NCBI GenBank assembly: GCA_959600635.1
Contig: CAUGMN010000001.1
Span: forward strand, 17,854-81,853
From: an uncultured Eubacteriales bacterium
GTDB taxonomy: Bacteria; Bacillota; Clostridia; Oscillospirales; QAMX01
Reading direction: 5' to 3'
Length of the DNA: 64,000 nt
Under the pieces are notes generated by a model. It was not told the DNA's origin and searched no databases. It was given only the letters and a program-made list of their open reading frames with translations. A program made the translations under genes and the position numbers. This document shows, in pieces, positions 19,823-28,898 of this stretch; within the stretch, counting starts at the first letter, position 1; each line of letters begins with the position of its first letter.

Positions 19823-19934
19823 GGATTTAATCTATTTTAGTCGAATAAAGTCAAAATTAGCATTGTGAAATCGCGTTTTGTCGGAAAATATGGTATTATG
19901 GAAAAAACGGGGTCGTCTGTCCGGAGGTATGGTT

Positions 19935-20264
19935 ATGAGAGCGTTGTTGGACAAGCTGGGAATATCGGCAAAATATAAGGGGTATCGTATGCTGATTTAC
20001 GCAATCGAAATCGCCGTGGAGGACGATACTGCGGTTTCAATGATCACAAAACGGATCTATCCCCACATTGCCAAGGAATACGATATTTCTCCGGTTAATG
20101 TGGAAAAGAATATCAGGATGGCGATCTCCGCGTTCTGGACGCACGGCAACCGCGACCTTTACGACAAGATCGTCGGCTATCCGATCACGCAGAAGCCGAG
20201 CAACGCCGAATTCATCGGCGCGATTTCCTCCTACGTCATCAGGACGAAGGAATATAAAAGATAA
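19935..20264 (+). CDS. Stand-alone Spo0A C-terminal (DNA-binding) domain protein, no receiver domain
   Basis: GISAKYKGYRMLIYAIEIAVEDDTAVSMITKRIYPHIAKEYDISPVNVEKNIRMAISAFWTHGN...PSNAEFIGAISSYV matches the Spo0A_C effector domain (KGY...A.., ..ERAIRHAI.., KPTNSEFIA). The ATG at 19935 is 7 nt after GGAGG. Confidence 0.75.
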   Translation: MRALLDKLGISAKYKGYRMLIYAIEIAVEDDTAVSMITKRIYPHIAKEYDISPVNVEKNIRMAISAFWTHGNRDLYDKIVGYPITQKPSNAEFIGAISSYVIRTKEYKR

Positions 20265-20387
20265 ATCCGCCGCTATTTTCAAAGGCGCCGGTCGCGGCTT
20301 TGTGAGCAAAATGGAGCATACGGAGGCGGCGGGGAATACAGAAACCGTTCGTTTGAAAATACAGAGCAGGCAATTTGAAGAGAGCGA

Positions 20388-20416
20388 TTGACTTTGCCCG
20401 CTATATGTGCTATAAT
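20388..20416 (+). promoter_or_regulatory. Sigma-A-type promoter for pnuC
   Basis: TTGACT (20388-20393), 17-nt spacer, TATAAT (20411-20416). Confidence 0.55.
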
Positions 20417-20454
20417 TCCCAAAAAGATTCTGCCACCGGGTAGAAACATGCGAA

Positions 20455-20513
20455 AGCATTCGCTACACATCGTTAGGTCTTGGAAGATGTGTATGCGGAT
20501 GCTTATTTTTTTT
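20455..20513 (+). terminator. Leader (attenuator) terminator between the pnuC promoter and the pnuC start
   Basis: AGCATTCGCTACACATC pairs with GATGTGTATGCGGATGCT (about 15 bp with small bulges) and is followed by TATTTTTTTT. The RBS GGAGG lies immediately after the T-run. Confidence 0.6.
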
Positions 20514-20527
20514 GGAGGACTTTGAAA

Positions 20528-21244
20528 ATGGCAAAGAAAGGGAATGTTTGGCTTTCATACTTTACAAAAGGGGAATGGGCTTTATGGATGGCTTCTGCCG
20601 GGATGATTTTGATCTCCTTTTTTCTTTTTGACAGAGAAAATCCGCTGACTCTGATCGCTTCTTTGATCGGCGTCACCTCTTTAATCTTCAATGCAAAGGG
20701 CCATCCGTTCGGTCAGCTTTTGATGGTCGCATTCAGCGTTTTATATGGCGTCGTTTCTTTTACGTTTTCCTATTACGGAGAAATGATGACTTATTTGGGA
20801 ATGACCGCGCCGATGGCCGTTTTCTCTCTGATCTCATGGCTCCGCAATCCATACGACGGCGGCAGGCCGGAAGTGCGGGTGAACCGGTTAAAAGGGCGCG
20901 AAATCATTTTGATGCTGGCGTTAGCCGCCGTCATCACCGGCGCATTTTACTTTGTTCTCAAAGCGTTTGATACGGCAAATCTGATTCTAAGCACAATATC
21001 CGTCACAACAAGCTTTCTGGCGGTCTATCTGACGTTCAGGAGAAGCGCCTATTATGCCGTCGGCTATGCGGCCAATGATGTGGTGCTGATTGTTTTGTGG
21101 ATATTGGCCGCACTTTCGGACAGATCCTACCTATCGGTGGTGATTTGCTTCACGGTATTTTTGGTCAACGATCTCTACGGCTTTTTGAATTGGTCAAAAA
21201 TGCGGAAACGGCAGGAAAGCGGCGGCGAGCGCCGTCGCCGGTAA
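20528..21244 (+). CDS. pnuC: PnuC-family nicotinamide riboside (or related vitamin precursor) transporter
   Basis: MAKKGNVWLSYFTKGEWALW...IGVTSLIFNAKGHPFGQLL...LISWLRNP...YAANDVVLIVLWILA. Seven TM segments with the PnuC pattern. The ATG at 20528 follows GGAGG. Confidence 0.8.
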   Translation: MAKKGNVWLSYFTKGEWALWMASAGMILISFFLFDRENPLTLIASLIGVTSLIFNAKGHPFGQLLMVAFSVLYGVVSFTFSYYGEMMTYLGMTAPMAVFSLISWLRNPYDGGRPEVRVNRLKGREIILMLALAAVITGAFYFVLKAFDTANLILSTISVTTSFLAVYLTFRRSAYYAVGYAANDVVLIVLWILAALSDRSYLSVVICFTVFLVNDLYGFLNWSKMRKRQESGGERRRR

Positions 21245-21321
21245 AGGCCGTCGATCGAAGCTCTTTTCAGCGCAGGAGCTTACCTCCTCGGGCATGATCG
21301 GAAAAACGGGGAAAGAAAAAA

Positions 21322-21349
21322 ACGGCATAGCCGCAAATGGCTATGCCGT
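21322..21349. terminator. Bidirectional terminator hairpin
   Basis: ACGGCATAGCC-GCAAAT-GGCTATGCCGT, with an A-run before it and TTATT after it. Located between convergent pnuC and the amidohydrolase gene. Confidence 0.6.
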
Positions 21350-21444
21350 TATTCCATCCAGAACCGCCCGCGTGTTCCCCGTCCGCTGCGCCCGCATGAC
21401 AAAGGGCGCGGCCGCAGTCTGTTTTTTCCGCCGCCTGTCCGCGC

Positions 21445-22638
21445 TCAGAGCGCAAACAGCTCCTGAGCGTTATCGTGCAGAATGCGCTTGGCAATGTAGC
21501 GGGCATAGGGCATATCGATCGCCCCGTCTTCGATCATGTCCGCGAGCGCGCGGGACAAAACGTGCTCCATGGCGAGGAGCGCGCCGACGCTGTCCTCGGG
21601 CATCCATGTGTCGCAGCCCCACGTGAGCCGGTGCGCGTCGGCGACTTCGAGCGCGGTGACGAGGTAGCCGCGCGCCGCAAAGGTCGAGAGATAGGGAATC
21701 CAGCAGGTGTCGGAAAAGACGTTGGGCGCGGCGAGCAGCAGCGCATAGGTGTCGTCCGTCCAGGGGAAGCCGCCGTGCAGGAGATGAAAAACCGTGTCGG
21801 GGTGGCGGCGGATCAGCTTCAAAAGCCCGATCGGGTTCGTCCGCTCGTACTGCCCCGTGCCGGTGTGGATTTGCAGAGGCAGCCGCAGCTCTGCGGCTGC
21901 GGACGCCAGCTCATCCATGACGACGTCGCCGAAATCGAGGATCTCCTGCTCCGTGGCGTTCGGGTTGTTGAGCGCTTTTCCGGCGCGGACGAGATCGGTG
22001 TTCTCAAAGACGATCGGCCGCTCATAGGCGATCGCCACTTTCAGCGCCGCGCAGCCGCCGGCCTTTTTGCGCGCCACGGCGCGGCGCATCTCGTCGAGAT
22101 AGCTCCGCATAGTCGCGCATTCCCTGTCGGCAAACAGCGAACGGGCAAAAAAGCCGTTCGGCTCCGGCTTGCCGGCCAGATAGCCCGAGAAAAAGCAGTC
22201 GCAGCGGAAGCTCGGCTTAAACAGCGACGGGTGGCCGAGGTCGTCGCCGGGGCGCGGCTGACGCTCGTTAACGACCGCGTCGAAGCGGCAGGTGTCGGTG
22301 AGCAGCCGCAGGTGGTGCTGCGGGTCGGCGTAGGCGGCCCTGACGGCGTCGTCGAGCGCGGGGACGGCGTCGGCGCGGACGGGAATGCCGTAGACCTGTT
22401 CCAGAGCGGCGAACAGCCAGCGGAAAAAGCTGTTCGTCCCGTTTTTGAGCAGATAGCGCTCCCAAGCGGCCGTGTCGCCGATCTGAGGCGGCCGCGCCGC
22501 CCAGTTGACGTAGCTGTGTTCGAGGAGCTCGCGCAGGCCGACGCCGCGGTAATCCTCGTCGTTGAGGTGGTGGTTGTGCGTCGAGATGATGCGGAGCGAG
22601 CGGATGTATTCCAACAGCTCATGGCGGATATCGGACAT
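21445..22638 (-). CDS. Amidohydrolase-superfamily (metal-dependent TIM-barrel hydrolase) protein
   Basis: 397 aa. An N-terminal IISTHNHH (HxH metal motif) and later HGGFPW / CDTW-type residues fit the amidohydrolase_2-like fold. Substrate unknown. Confidence 0.6.
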   Translation of the reverse strand: MSDIRHELLEYIRSLRIISTHNHHLNDEDYRGVGLRELLEHSYVNWAARPPQIGDTAAWERYLLKNGTNSFFRWLFAALEQVYGIPVRADAVPALDDAVRAAYADPQHHLRLLTDTCRFDAVVNERQPRPGDDLGHPSLFKPSFRCDCFFSGYLAGKPEPNGFFARSLFADRECATMRSYLDEMRRAVARKKAGGCAALKVAIAYERPIVFENTDLVRAGKALNNPNATEQEILDFGDVVMDELASAAAELRLPLQIHTGTGQYERTNPIGLLKLIRRHPDTVFHLLHGGFPWTDDTYALLLAAPNVFSDTCWIPYLSTFAARGYLVTALEVADAHRLTWGCDTWMPEDSVGALLAMEHVLSRALADMIEDGAIDMPYARYIAKRILHDNAQELFAL

Positions 22639-22777
22639 AGAGAGGCTCCTTTCAAATCGCGGCTTTCAAAATCGGGCCGGGGTTTTACGGCCTTTCAAAA
22701 GCGCGCGGAAGATCGTTGAGAGAGAAATATCCCTGCGACGCTGAAAAGGCCGGCCGGCTGATCAGAAAGCGACGAAA

Positions 22778-23764
22778 TCAAAAACGGCGGCGTGGATCAG
22801 CGGCAGAGCGGGTCCTGCTGCTGTGATCAGGAGAAAACGAGGTCTGCGTTCGGCGCGAACTCCGTTTTTTGATGTTTTTGGTGGCGCGTATCACCATAAA
22901 GACCGCGATCATAACCGAAGAAACACACACCACGGAACCGGTGATCGTATTGGCTATCCGGCGGAAGACCGCCTCTTCGGCGCCGAACTCCGCAATCATC
23001 GCCGTTTGTAAAGCCATGACGGACATCATGGCGCCCGTAAAGGCAATGGCTTTGGATGCGGAGAGAAGAGGGCTTTTGAACTTTCGAAATTTGAAGACAT
23101 GGACAGTCGCTGTGATCGCCGTATAGAAGGTATACATAGCCGACAGATAAATCACGTAACCGGGGTATTCATAGTGCAGATTATCGCGGATCATCAGCAC
23201 GGTCATGCCTGACATTCCCGTATTCAGGAGCAACATGAGCAGCCCGCAAATGCGGTATCCTTTCCATTCAAACAATTCTCTGTCCTCGGGGCGGTGGTAT
23301 TGTTTTAAATGGCGTATATGATACACAAGGGACAGACGGACGGCTCCGAGCATCAGGTAATACGCCGCGATGGCCGCAAACCAGACGGAACGATAGAGAA
23401 CCGCCGCAACGCCTCTGAATATGGCGTAAACGGTGTTAACGATCAGTCCCTGATAAATCGAGGCCGTTCCCCTGAATGCGACGTCATTTAACAACAGATG
23501 CCCGATGGGGTTCCGATTGAGATGTTTGACGACCGGCAAATTCCAAAACCCTTCTTTGACGGAGCGGATCAGCTTCGGAAAGCAAAGCGCCGCGGCGGTC
23601 AGGGCGTATGCCGAAACCAGATAGGAGATATAGGCCAGCGCCGTGGCTTTGAAGGAATCGGATAAACCGAAGACCAGCAGCAGGACGGAGATGGGGATGA
23701 GCAGCAATGTCACCCACAGAGGCGGATAGAATACTTTTTTCAGTGCGCTTTTCCATCGATCCAT
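22778..23764 (-). CDS. Polytopic membrane protein, function unknown
   Basis: About 328 aa with 8-9 hydrophobic segments. Visibly lower GC than its neighbours. The ATG at 23764 is 6 nt after AAGAGGGA. Confidence 0.55.
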   Translation of the reverse strand: MDRWKSALKKVFYPPLWVTLLLIPISVLLLVFGLSDSFKATALAYISYLVSAYALTAAALCFPKLIRSVKEGFWNLPVVKHLNRNPIGHLLLNDVAFRGTASIYQGLIVNTVYAIFRGVAAVLYRSVWFAAIAAYYLMLGAVRLSLVYHIRHLKQYHRPEDRELFEWKGYRICGLLMLLLNTGMSGMTVLMIRDNLHYEYPGYVIYLSAMYTFYTAITATVHVFKFRKFKSPLLSASKAIAFTGAMMSVMALQTAMIAEFGAEEAVFRRIANTITGSVVCVSSVMIAVFMVIRATKNIKKRSSRRTQTSFSPDHSSRTRSAADPRRRF

Positions 23765-24076
23765 CGACATTCCCTCTTATGTTCATCGACATCCATACGT
23801 TGTCCATTTCGCTTGGCAGAAAAAGACGTCGTTTTGAAAAATACCGGCAGAGCGGTCATTGGCTAAGCCCCCCCGGATTTTTACAGCCGCCGCAACAGAC
23901 AGGACGGCCCGTCGGGGAAAGGCCGCGCGAGCGCAGCAAACGGTGTCGCGCGTGTCCGCTCAGAAAAAACGGCGGTTTCAAGGCGTTTCTTGAAGCCCCC
24001 CCACAGAGCGGCTATGAACCGCCCGCGGGCGAATGGGACTCGCGCCCACACGGCGTCATCCTGTCTCGGCGCTCTG

Positions 24077-24241
24077 TTACTCTTTGTTTTTCGGGAGGAC
24101 GCCAAAAATCACAACAAACATGCCAATCACGGAGAAAAGGATTCCAAACAGCTGAACAATGCCCCAGTTGGCATGAATGGCAACGTACGAACAGTGAAAG
24201 CCAAACAAAATCAGCGCAATCCCAAATAAAATCTTTTTCAT
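24077..24241 (-). CDS. Small (54 aa) two-TM hydrophobic protein, below the ORF-track cutoff
   Basis: Manual translation gives MKKILFGIALILFGFHCSYVAIHANWGIVQLFGILFSVIGMFVVIFGVLPKNKE. The RBS AAGGAGTCAGGAG lies upstream. A hairpin plus T-run (about 23960-23998, minus strand) lies downstream. Confidence 0.5.
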   Translation of the reverse strand: MKKILFGIALILFGFHCSYVAIHANWGIVQLFGILFSVIGMFVVIFGVLPKNKE

Positions 24242-24441
24242 CCTCTAAAACTCCTGACTCCTTGTATCCTTCGGCGAGCCAAGGCGGCGGGAGCATCATA
24301 CCGGCGCGCGGCGCCGCGGGGGATGCCAACCGAAGCGGAGGAAAGGCCGGGCGAAAGCCGGGGTCCATCCGTCAGACCGGCTCGGCCGGAGTCCTCTGCG
24401 CGACAGCGGACAGAGAAACGCTCTCTGCCCGCCGGTAGATT

Positions 24442-25896
24442 CTATTTTTCTCCGATTCGAACGATTTTCACGCCGTTTGGCGTGTCTTCGAGGAGAATGC
24501 CGCGGCTTTTCAGCTCGTCGCGGATGCGGTCGGCCTCGGCGTAATTTTTCGCCTTTTTTGCGGCCGCGCGCGCCTCGACCTGCGCGTTTACATAGGCGGC
24601 CAGCTCGCCGTCAAGCCCGCTGTCAGGCTGCGCCTGCTTTTCCTGCTCGGCGCGCACAGCCGCGGCGGCTTCGATCAGGCCGAGCGACAAAACCTCGTCG
24701 AATTCGGCGATCAGGCGCAGCTTCACCGCGTCGCCGGTCTTAGATTTGAGCACGTCGTAGAGCGCGGTAACGGCGAGAGAGGTGTTGAGATCGTTATTCA
24801 AAGCGTCGGTAAAGCGGGCGCGGAGCGCGGCCTCCTCCGCCTCGTCCGCCGCGCCGCTTTCGGGGCGCAGCGCCGCGATGCGGGCGACCAGCTTGGCGTA
24901 GGCCGCCGCGGCGTTGTCTAAATTCTCATAGGAAAACAGCAGCGACTTGCGGTAATGCGACTGCATACAGAAGAAGCGGTAGGCGAGCGGGTCGTAGCCC
25001 TTGGATTCCAGCAGGGAGACGGTGAGAAACTCGCCCGACGACTTCGCCATTTTGCCGGCGTTGGTATTCAGGTGCAGCACATGGAACCAATAGTTGCACC
25101 ATTTGTGGCCCAGATACGCCTCCGACTGCGCGATCTCGTTGGTGTGGTGGGGAAAGGCGTTGTCGATGCCGCCGCAGTGGATATCCAGGTGCTCGCCGCA
25201 GTGCTTGATGCTGATCGCCGAGCACTCGATGTGCCAGCCGGGATAGCCCGTCCCCCACGGGGACTCCCATTTCAGCGCCTGATCCTCAAACTTCGACTTG
25301 GTAAACCAGAGCACAAAGTCGTTTTTGTTGCGCTTGTTCCCGTCCTCCTCGACGCCCTCGCGCACGCCGACGGCGAGATCGTCGGCGTCGTGATCGTTGA
25401 AGACGTAGTAGCGGTCGAGCTTCGCGGTGTCGAAGTAGACGTTGCCGCCGGCGAGATAGGCGTAGTCTTTGTCGAGCAGCGCCTGCACGAGCGCGATATA
25501 TTCGGCGATGCAGTTCGTCGCCGGCTCGACGACGTCGGGGCGGCGGATATGAAGCTTTTCACAGTCGGCGAAAAAGGCGTCGGTGTAGAATTTTGCGATC
25601 TCCATGACGGATTTGTGCTCGCGCTTCGCGCCTTTGAGCATCTTGTCCTCGCCGGTGTCGGCGTCGGAGGCGAGGTGGCCGACGTCGGTGATGTTCATCA
25701 CGCGCTTGACGTCGTACCCCGAATAGCGGAGGAATTTGTCGAGCACGTCCTCCATGATATAGGTGCGGAGGTTGCCGATGTGGGCGTAATGATAAACGGT
25801 CGGGCCGCAGGTATACAGGCTGACCCTGCCGGGTTCGGCGGGCCGGAAGGGCTCGCGGCTGTGCGTCAGGGAGTTATATAAAACGAGTTCAGACAT
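24442..25896 (-). CDS. cysS: Cysteine--tRNA ligase
   Basis: [20 protein letters not shown] (HIGH motif), KMAKSSG (KMSKS motif), 484 aa. Confidence 0.95.
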   Translation of the reverse strand: MSELVLYNSLTHSREPFRPAEPGRVSLYTCGPTVYHYAHIGNLRTYIMEDVLDKFLRYSGYDVKRVMNITDVGHLASDADTGEDKMLKGAKREHKSVMEIAKFYTDAFFADCEKLHIRRPDVVEPATNCIAEYIALVQALLDKDYAYLAGGNVYFDTAKLDRYYVFNDHDADDLAVGVREGVEEDGNKRNKNDFVLWFTKSKFEDQALKWESPWGTGYPGWHIECSAISIKHCGEHLDIHCGGIDNAFPHHTNEIAQSEAYLGHKWCNYWFHVLHLNTNAGKMAKSSGEFLTVSLLESKGYDPLAYRFFCMQSHYRKSLLFSYENLDNAAAAYAKLVARIAALRPESGAADEAEEAALRARFTDALNNDLNTSLAVTALYDVLKSKTGDAVKLRLIAEFDEVLSLGLIEAAAAVRAEQEKQAQPDSGLDGELAAYVNAQVEARAAAKKAKNYAEADRIRDELKSRGILLEDTPNGVKIVRIGEK

Positions 25897-25915
25897 AAAA
25901 AGCGTTTCCTCCGGC

Positions 25916-26479
25916 TTATTTTTTGAGGTTTTTCAGCGAAAGGCCGTGCAGACAGTAGTCGATGCCCGACCAGAGCGTCACCGCGGCGGTGAGCCAGCAC
26001 AGGATGTTGGCGATCAGCACATAGTGCTCCGTGAAAACGTCGATCCCGATCTCCGGCAGCAGCGGCAGGATCAGCACGATCAGGATCACCGCGATCTGCA
26101 CGACGGTTTTCAGCTTGCCCGAAAAGGCCGCGCCGACGACGCGGCCGTTCGATGCGGCGACGACGCGGATCGAGGTGATCGTCAGCTCGCGCGCGAGGAT
26201 GATCAGAATGGCCAGCGGGTGCATCAGCCCGTCGGCGACGAAGAGCACAAACGCCGCGAAGACAAGAAGCTTGTCGGCCAAAGGGTCAAGAATCTTGCCG
26301 AGGTCGGTGATCTGGTTGTACTTTCGGGCGATGTAGCCGTCCAAATGATCGGTAATGGAGGCGAGCGCAAAAATACAGGCGGCGGTAAACAGCGCCCATG
26401 ATCCGTCGAGCTCCATGAACAGGACAAAAAACGGGATCAGCGCGAGCCGGATTACCGTGATGATATTGGCGGTGGACAT
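25916..26479 (-). CDS. pgsA: CDP-diacylglycerol--glycerol-3-phosphate 3-phosphatidyltransferase
   Basis: MSTANIITVIRLALIPFF...DHLDGYIARKYNQITDLGKILDPLADK is the CDP-alcohol phosphatidyltransferase motif D-G-x2-A-R-x8-G-x3-D-x3-D. Confidence 0.9.
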   Translation of the reverse strand: MSTANIITVIRLALIPFFVLFMELDGSWALFTAACIFALASITDHLDGYIARKYNQITDLGKILDPLADKLLVFAAFVLFVADGLMHPLAILIILARELTITSIRVVAASNGRVVGAAFSGKLKTVVQIAVILIVLILPLLPEIGIDVFTEHYVLIANILCWLTAAVTLWSGIDYCLHGLSLKNLKK

Positions 26480-26570
26480 TTTCGTACCACGATCCTCTCT
26501 CAAATACTCAGGGCGGATGAAAGCCGCCGGAACGATCGGCCCTGCGGTTCCGGCGCGCGGAGCTGTGCGT

Positions 26571-27947
26571 TTAGTCCTTGTGAACGGCGGCGGACGCGCC
26601 GTCGGAAAGCCCGCCGACGGCGTGGCCGACCGGCTCGCCGTCTACAAGCTCGTCGACCGCAACAAGGCAGAGCTGCCCGTCGCGGACCGAGCCCTTTTCG
26701 GCGGTAAAAAACACCTTTCCGTCGATCTCGGGCGAATCCGCGAAGCTGCGGCCGAACCAGACCTCGGAAAGCCGGTCGTAGCCCTCGCAGAGCACTTCGA
26801 GCGTCTTTCCGGCCAGCGCCTCGTTATAGGCGTCCATGATCTCGCCCTGCAACAGGGTGACGAGCGAGGCGCGGCGCTGCCGCTCGTCCTCGTCTACCTG
26901 GCCGGGAAGCGCCGCCGCGTCCGTCCCCTCCTGCGGGGAAAAGGCGAAAACGCCGGCGCGCTCGATCTTGGCGGCGCGCAGAAACGTACAGAGCGCCTCA
27001 AACTTTTCCTCCGTCTCGCCGGGAAAGCCGACGATCAGGCTCGTGCGCAGCACCAGCCCCGGCAGACGCCGCCGCAGCGTTTCAAACAGGCGGACGACGT
27101 CCTCGCCCGTATAATGGCGGTTCATCGCCGACAGGAGCTCCGTGTCGATATGCTGGATGGGGATATCGAGATAGCGGAGGATTTTTTCGTTCTCCGCGAT
27201 GACGTCGATCAGCTCGCCGCTGATGCCGTCGGGGTTTGCATAGTGAAGCCGCACCCAGCGGACGGATTCGATCGCGCAGATTTTGCGAAGCAGGCCGGGC
27301 AGACGCGGCTCGCCGTAAAGGTCGAGCCCGTATTTGGTGATGTCCTGGGCGATGATGATCAGCTCGACGGCGCCGTCGGCGGCGAGGCTGCGGCATTCGT
27401 CCAAAATATCCTCCTCGCGGCGGGAGCGGAGCGGGCCGCGGATGGAGGGGATGGTGCAGTATGAACAGCGGTTGTCGCAGCCCTCGGCGATTTTGACATA
27501 CGCCGTATGCGGCGGCATACAGGGGATGCGCCCGATCTCGGCGACCGGCGCGTCCTTCTCGCCGAAGATCAGGGGACGCTCGCCGCCGAGCGCCGCCTCG
27601 ACCGCCTCGACGATCTGCGCGTGCGCGCTGCACCCGAGCACCGCGTCGATTTCGGGGAGCTCCTCATAGAGCTGTTCGCGGTAACGCTCCGAGAGGCAGC
27701 CGGTCACAACGACGGCTTTGAGGCGGCTGTCCTTTTCGCGCTTGATCTCGCAGAGCTCCAAAATATTCTCGATGGCCTCCGACTTCGCGTCGTCGATAAA
27801 GCCGCAGGTGTTGACGACGACGGCGTCGGCCTCGTCGAGGTCGGCCGTCAGCGTAAAGCCCGCCTGGTCAAGAAGAAAGAGCATCTGCTCGCTGTCGACG
27901 AGGTTTTTGGAACAGCCGAGCGAGACAAGCCCGATATTTTTACTCAT
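26571..27947 (-). CDS. rimO: Ribosomal protein S12 methylthiotransferase RimO
   Basis: MSKNIGLVSLGCSKNLVDSE (UPF0004 domain), radical-SAM CDNRCSYCTIP, and a C-terminal TRAM-like domain. rimO-pgsA synteny is common in Firmicutes. Confidence 0.9.
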   Translation of the reverse strand: MSKNIGLVSLGCSKNLVDSEQMLFLLDQAGFTLTADLDEADAVVVNTCGFIDDAKSEAIENILELCEIKREKDSRLKAVVVTGCLSERYREQLYEELPEIDAVLGCSAHAQIVEAVEAALGGERPLIFGEKDAPVAEIGRIPCMPPHTAYVKIAEGCDNRCSYCTIPSIRGPLRSRREEDILDECRSLAADGAVELIIIAQDITKYGLDLYGEPRLPGLLRKICAIESVRWVRLHYANPDGISGELIDVIAENEKILRYLDIPIQHIDTELLSAMNRHYTGEDVVRLFETLRRRLPGLVLRTSLIVGFPGETEEKFEALCTFLRAAKIERAGVFAFSPQEGTDAAALPGQVDEDERQRRASLVTLLQGEIMDAYNEALAGKTLEVLCEGYDRLSEVWFGRSFADSPEIDGKVFFTAEKGSVRDGQLCLVAVDELVDGEPVGHAVGGLSDGASAAVHKD

Positions 27948-28187
27948 ATGTATGGTTTCATCCTTTCGGGAATCAATCGGAATGCGGCGCCTGTGTAAAA
28001 CGGTCTATATGGATCTATATTCTCCCGCGGCAGGCGGCATGACCGCCCGCAGCGCTCCGGCGCGAAACACGCGGGCCGGCAGGGAGCGGATTCGTTTGCT
28101 CCGGCCGGCTCAGAGCGGCGAAACGGCGGGGCAATCGGCGAAACGGGGCGGCGCGGCAAGGCCGAAAGCAGCGCACCGCCGGCCGGC

Positions 28188-28823
28188 TCACGCCTCGGGC
28201 GGCTCACAGCCCTGCGAATGCGCTTCCGCGTAACGGCGCAGCGCGGCGCGGATATCGCCGGAGGCAAAGCCGCGGCCGGCGAGATAACGGTAGGTCTTGT
28301 CAAATAAAGCCCTTTCAGGCGGCGCGCCCCGCAGCCGCGCCGCGACCAGCTCGTCAAGCGCCGCGGCTGCGTCGGGCAGGGCAACGGCCGCTTCCAGCGC
28401 GACGTCGCGGTCGACGCCGCGCCTGGCCAGCTCAAAGAGCAGCGCGCGGCGCGACAGGTTTTTCGCCGCGGCGCGTTCGGTGAGCGCGGCGGCGTATGCC
28501 GCGTCGTCGACCAGCCCGTATTCGGAGAGCTTTTCGACGGCGGCCGCGATCTCTTCATCGGTATAGCCGCGGTCGGCCAGACGCTCGGACAGCTCGGCCA
28601 CGGAACAGGCGCGGCGGCCGAGAATCATCGCCGCCGCTTCGTCGGCGCGCACACCGCCGTGGGCGCGGAGCGCGGCGATATCCGCCTCGGTCAGCGTTTT
28701 TCCGGCGCGAAGACCCAGCTCTGCGGCGATGTCGCGCGTAACGCGCAGGAACGTGCCGTCGCTGAGCTGCAAAAGCAGGCGCCCGCCGCGCCGGGCGGGC
28801 TTTATGGATAGGATTTCAGCCAA
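28188..28823 (-). CDS. recX: Recombination regulator RecX
   Basis: Helical repeats (RRACSVAELSERLADRGYTDEEIAAAVEKLSEYGLVDD..., LSRRALLFELARRGVDRDV...). Immediately downstream of recA. Confidence 0.85.
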   Translation of the reverse strand: MAEILSIKPARRGGRLLLQLSDGTFLRVTRDIAAELGLRAGKTLTEADIAALRAHGGVRADEAAAMILGRRACSVAELSERLADRGYTDEEIAAAVEKLSEYGLVDDAAYAAALTERAAAKNLSRRALLFELARRGVDRDVALEAAVALPDAAAALDELVAARLRGAPPERALFDKTYRYLAGRGFASGDIRAALRRYAEAHSQGCEPPEA

Positions 28824-28898
28824 GGCGTTCAGGCTCCGTTTCAGCCGGTGGGGCGGATTGGCTTCTCAAAAGCCGGCGTCTCCGCGCGCCGTTCGGCG

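Noticed and set aside
24242-24441. Attempted assignment of this GC-rich leader to known riboswitch classes (ZTP, guanidine I-III, c-di-GMP, fluoride, SRP-like RNA).
   Set aside because: None of the conserved core motifs I remember are present. It is kept only as an unclassified structured leader in the findings.
25897-25915. A T-box leader upstream of cysS.
   Set aside because: Only 19 nt separate the pgsA stop from the cysS start. There is no room for a T-box, so cysS appears co-transcribed with rimO-pgsA.
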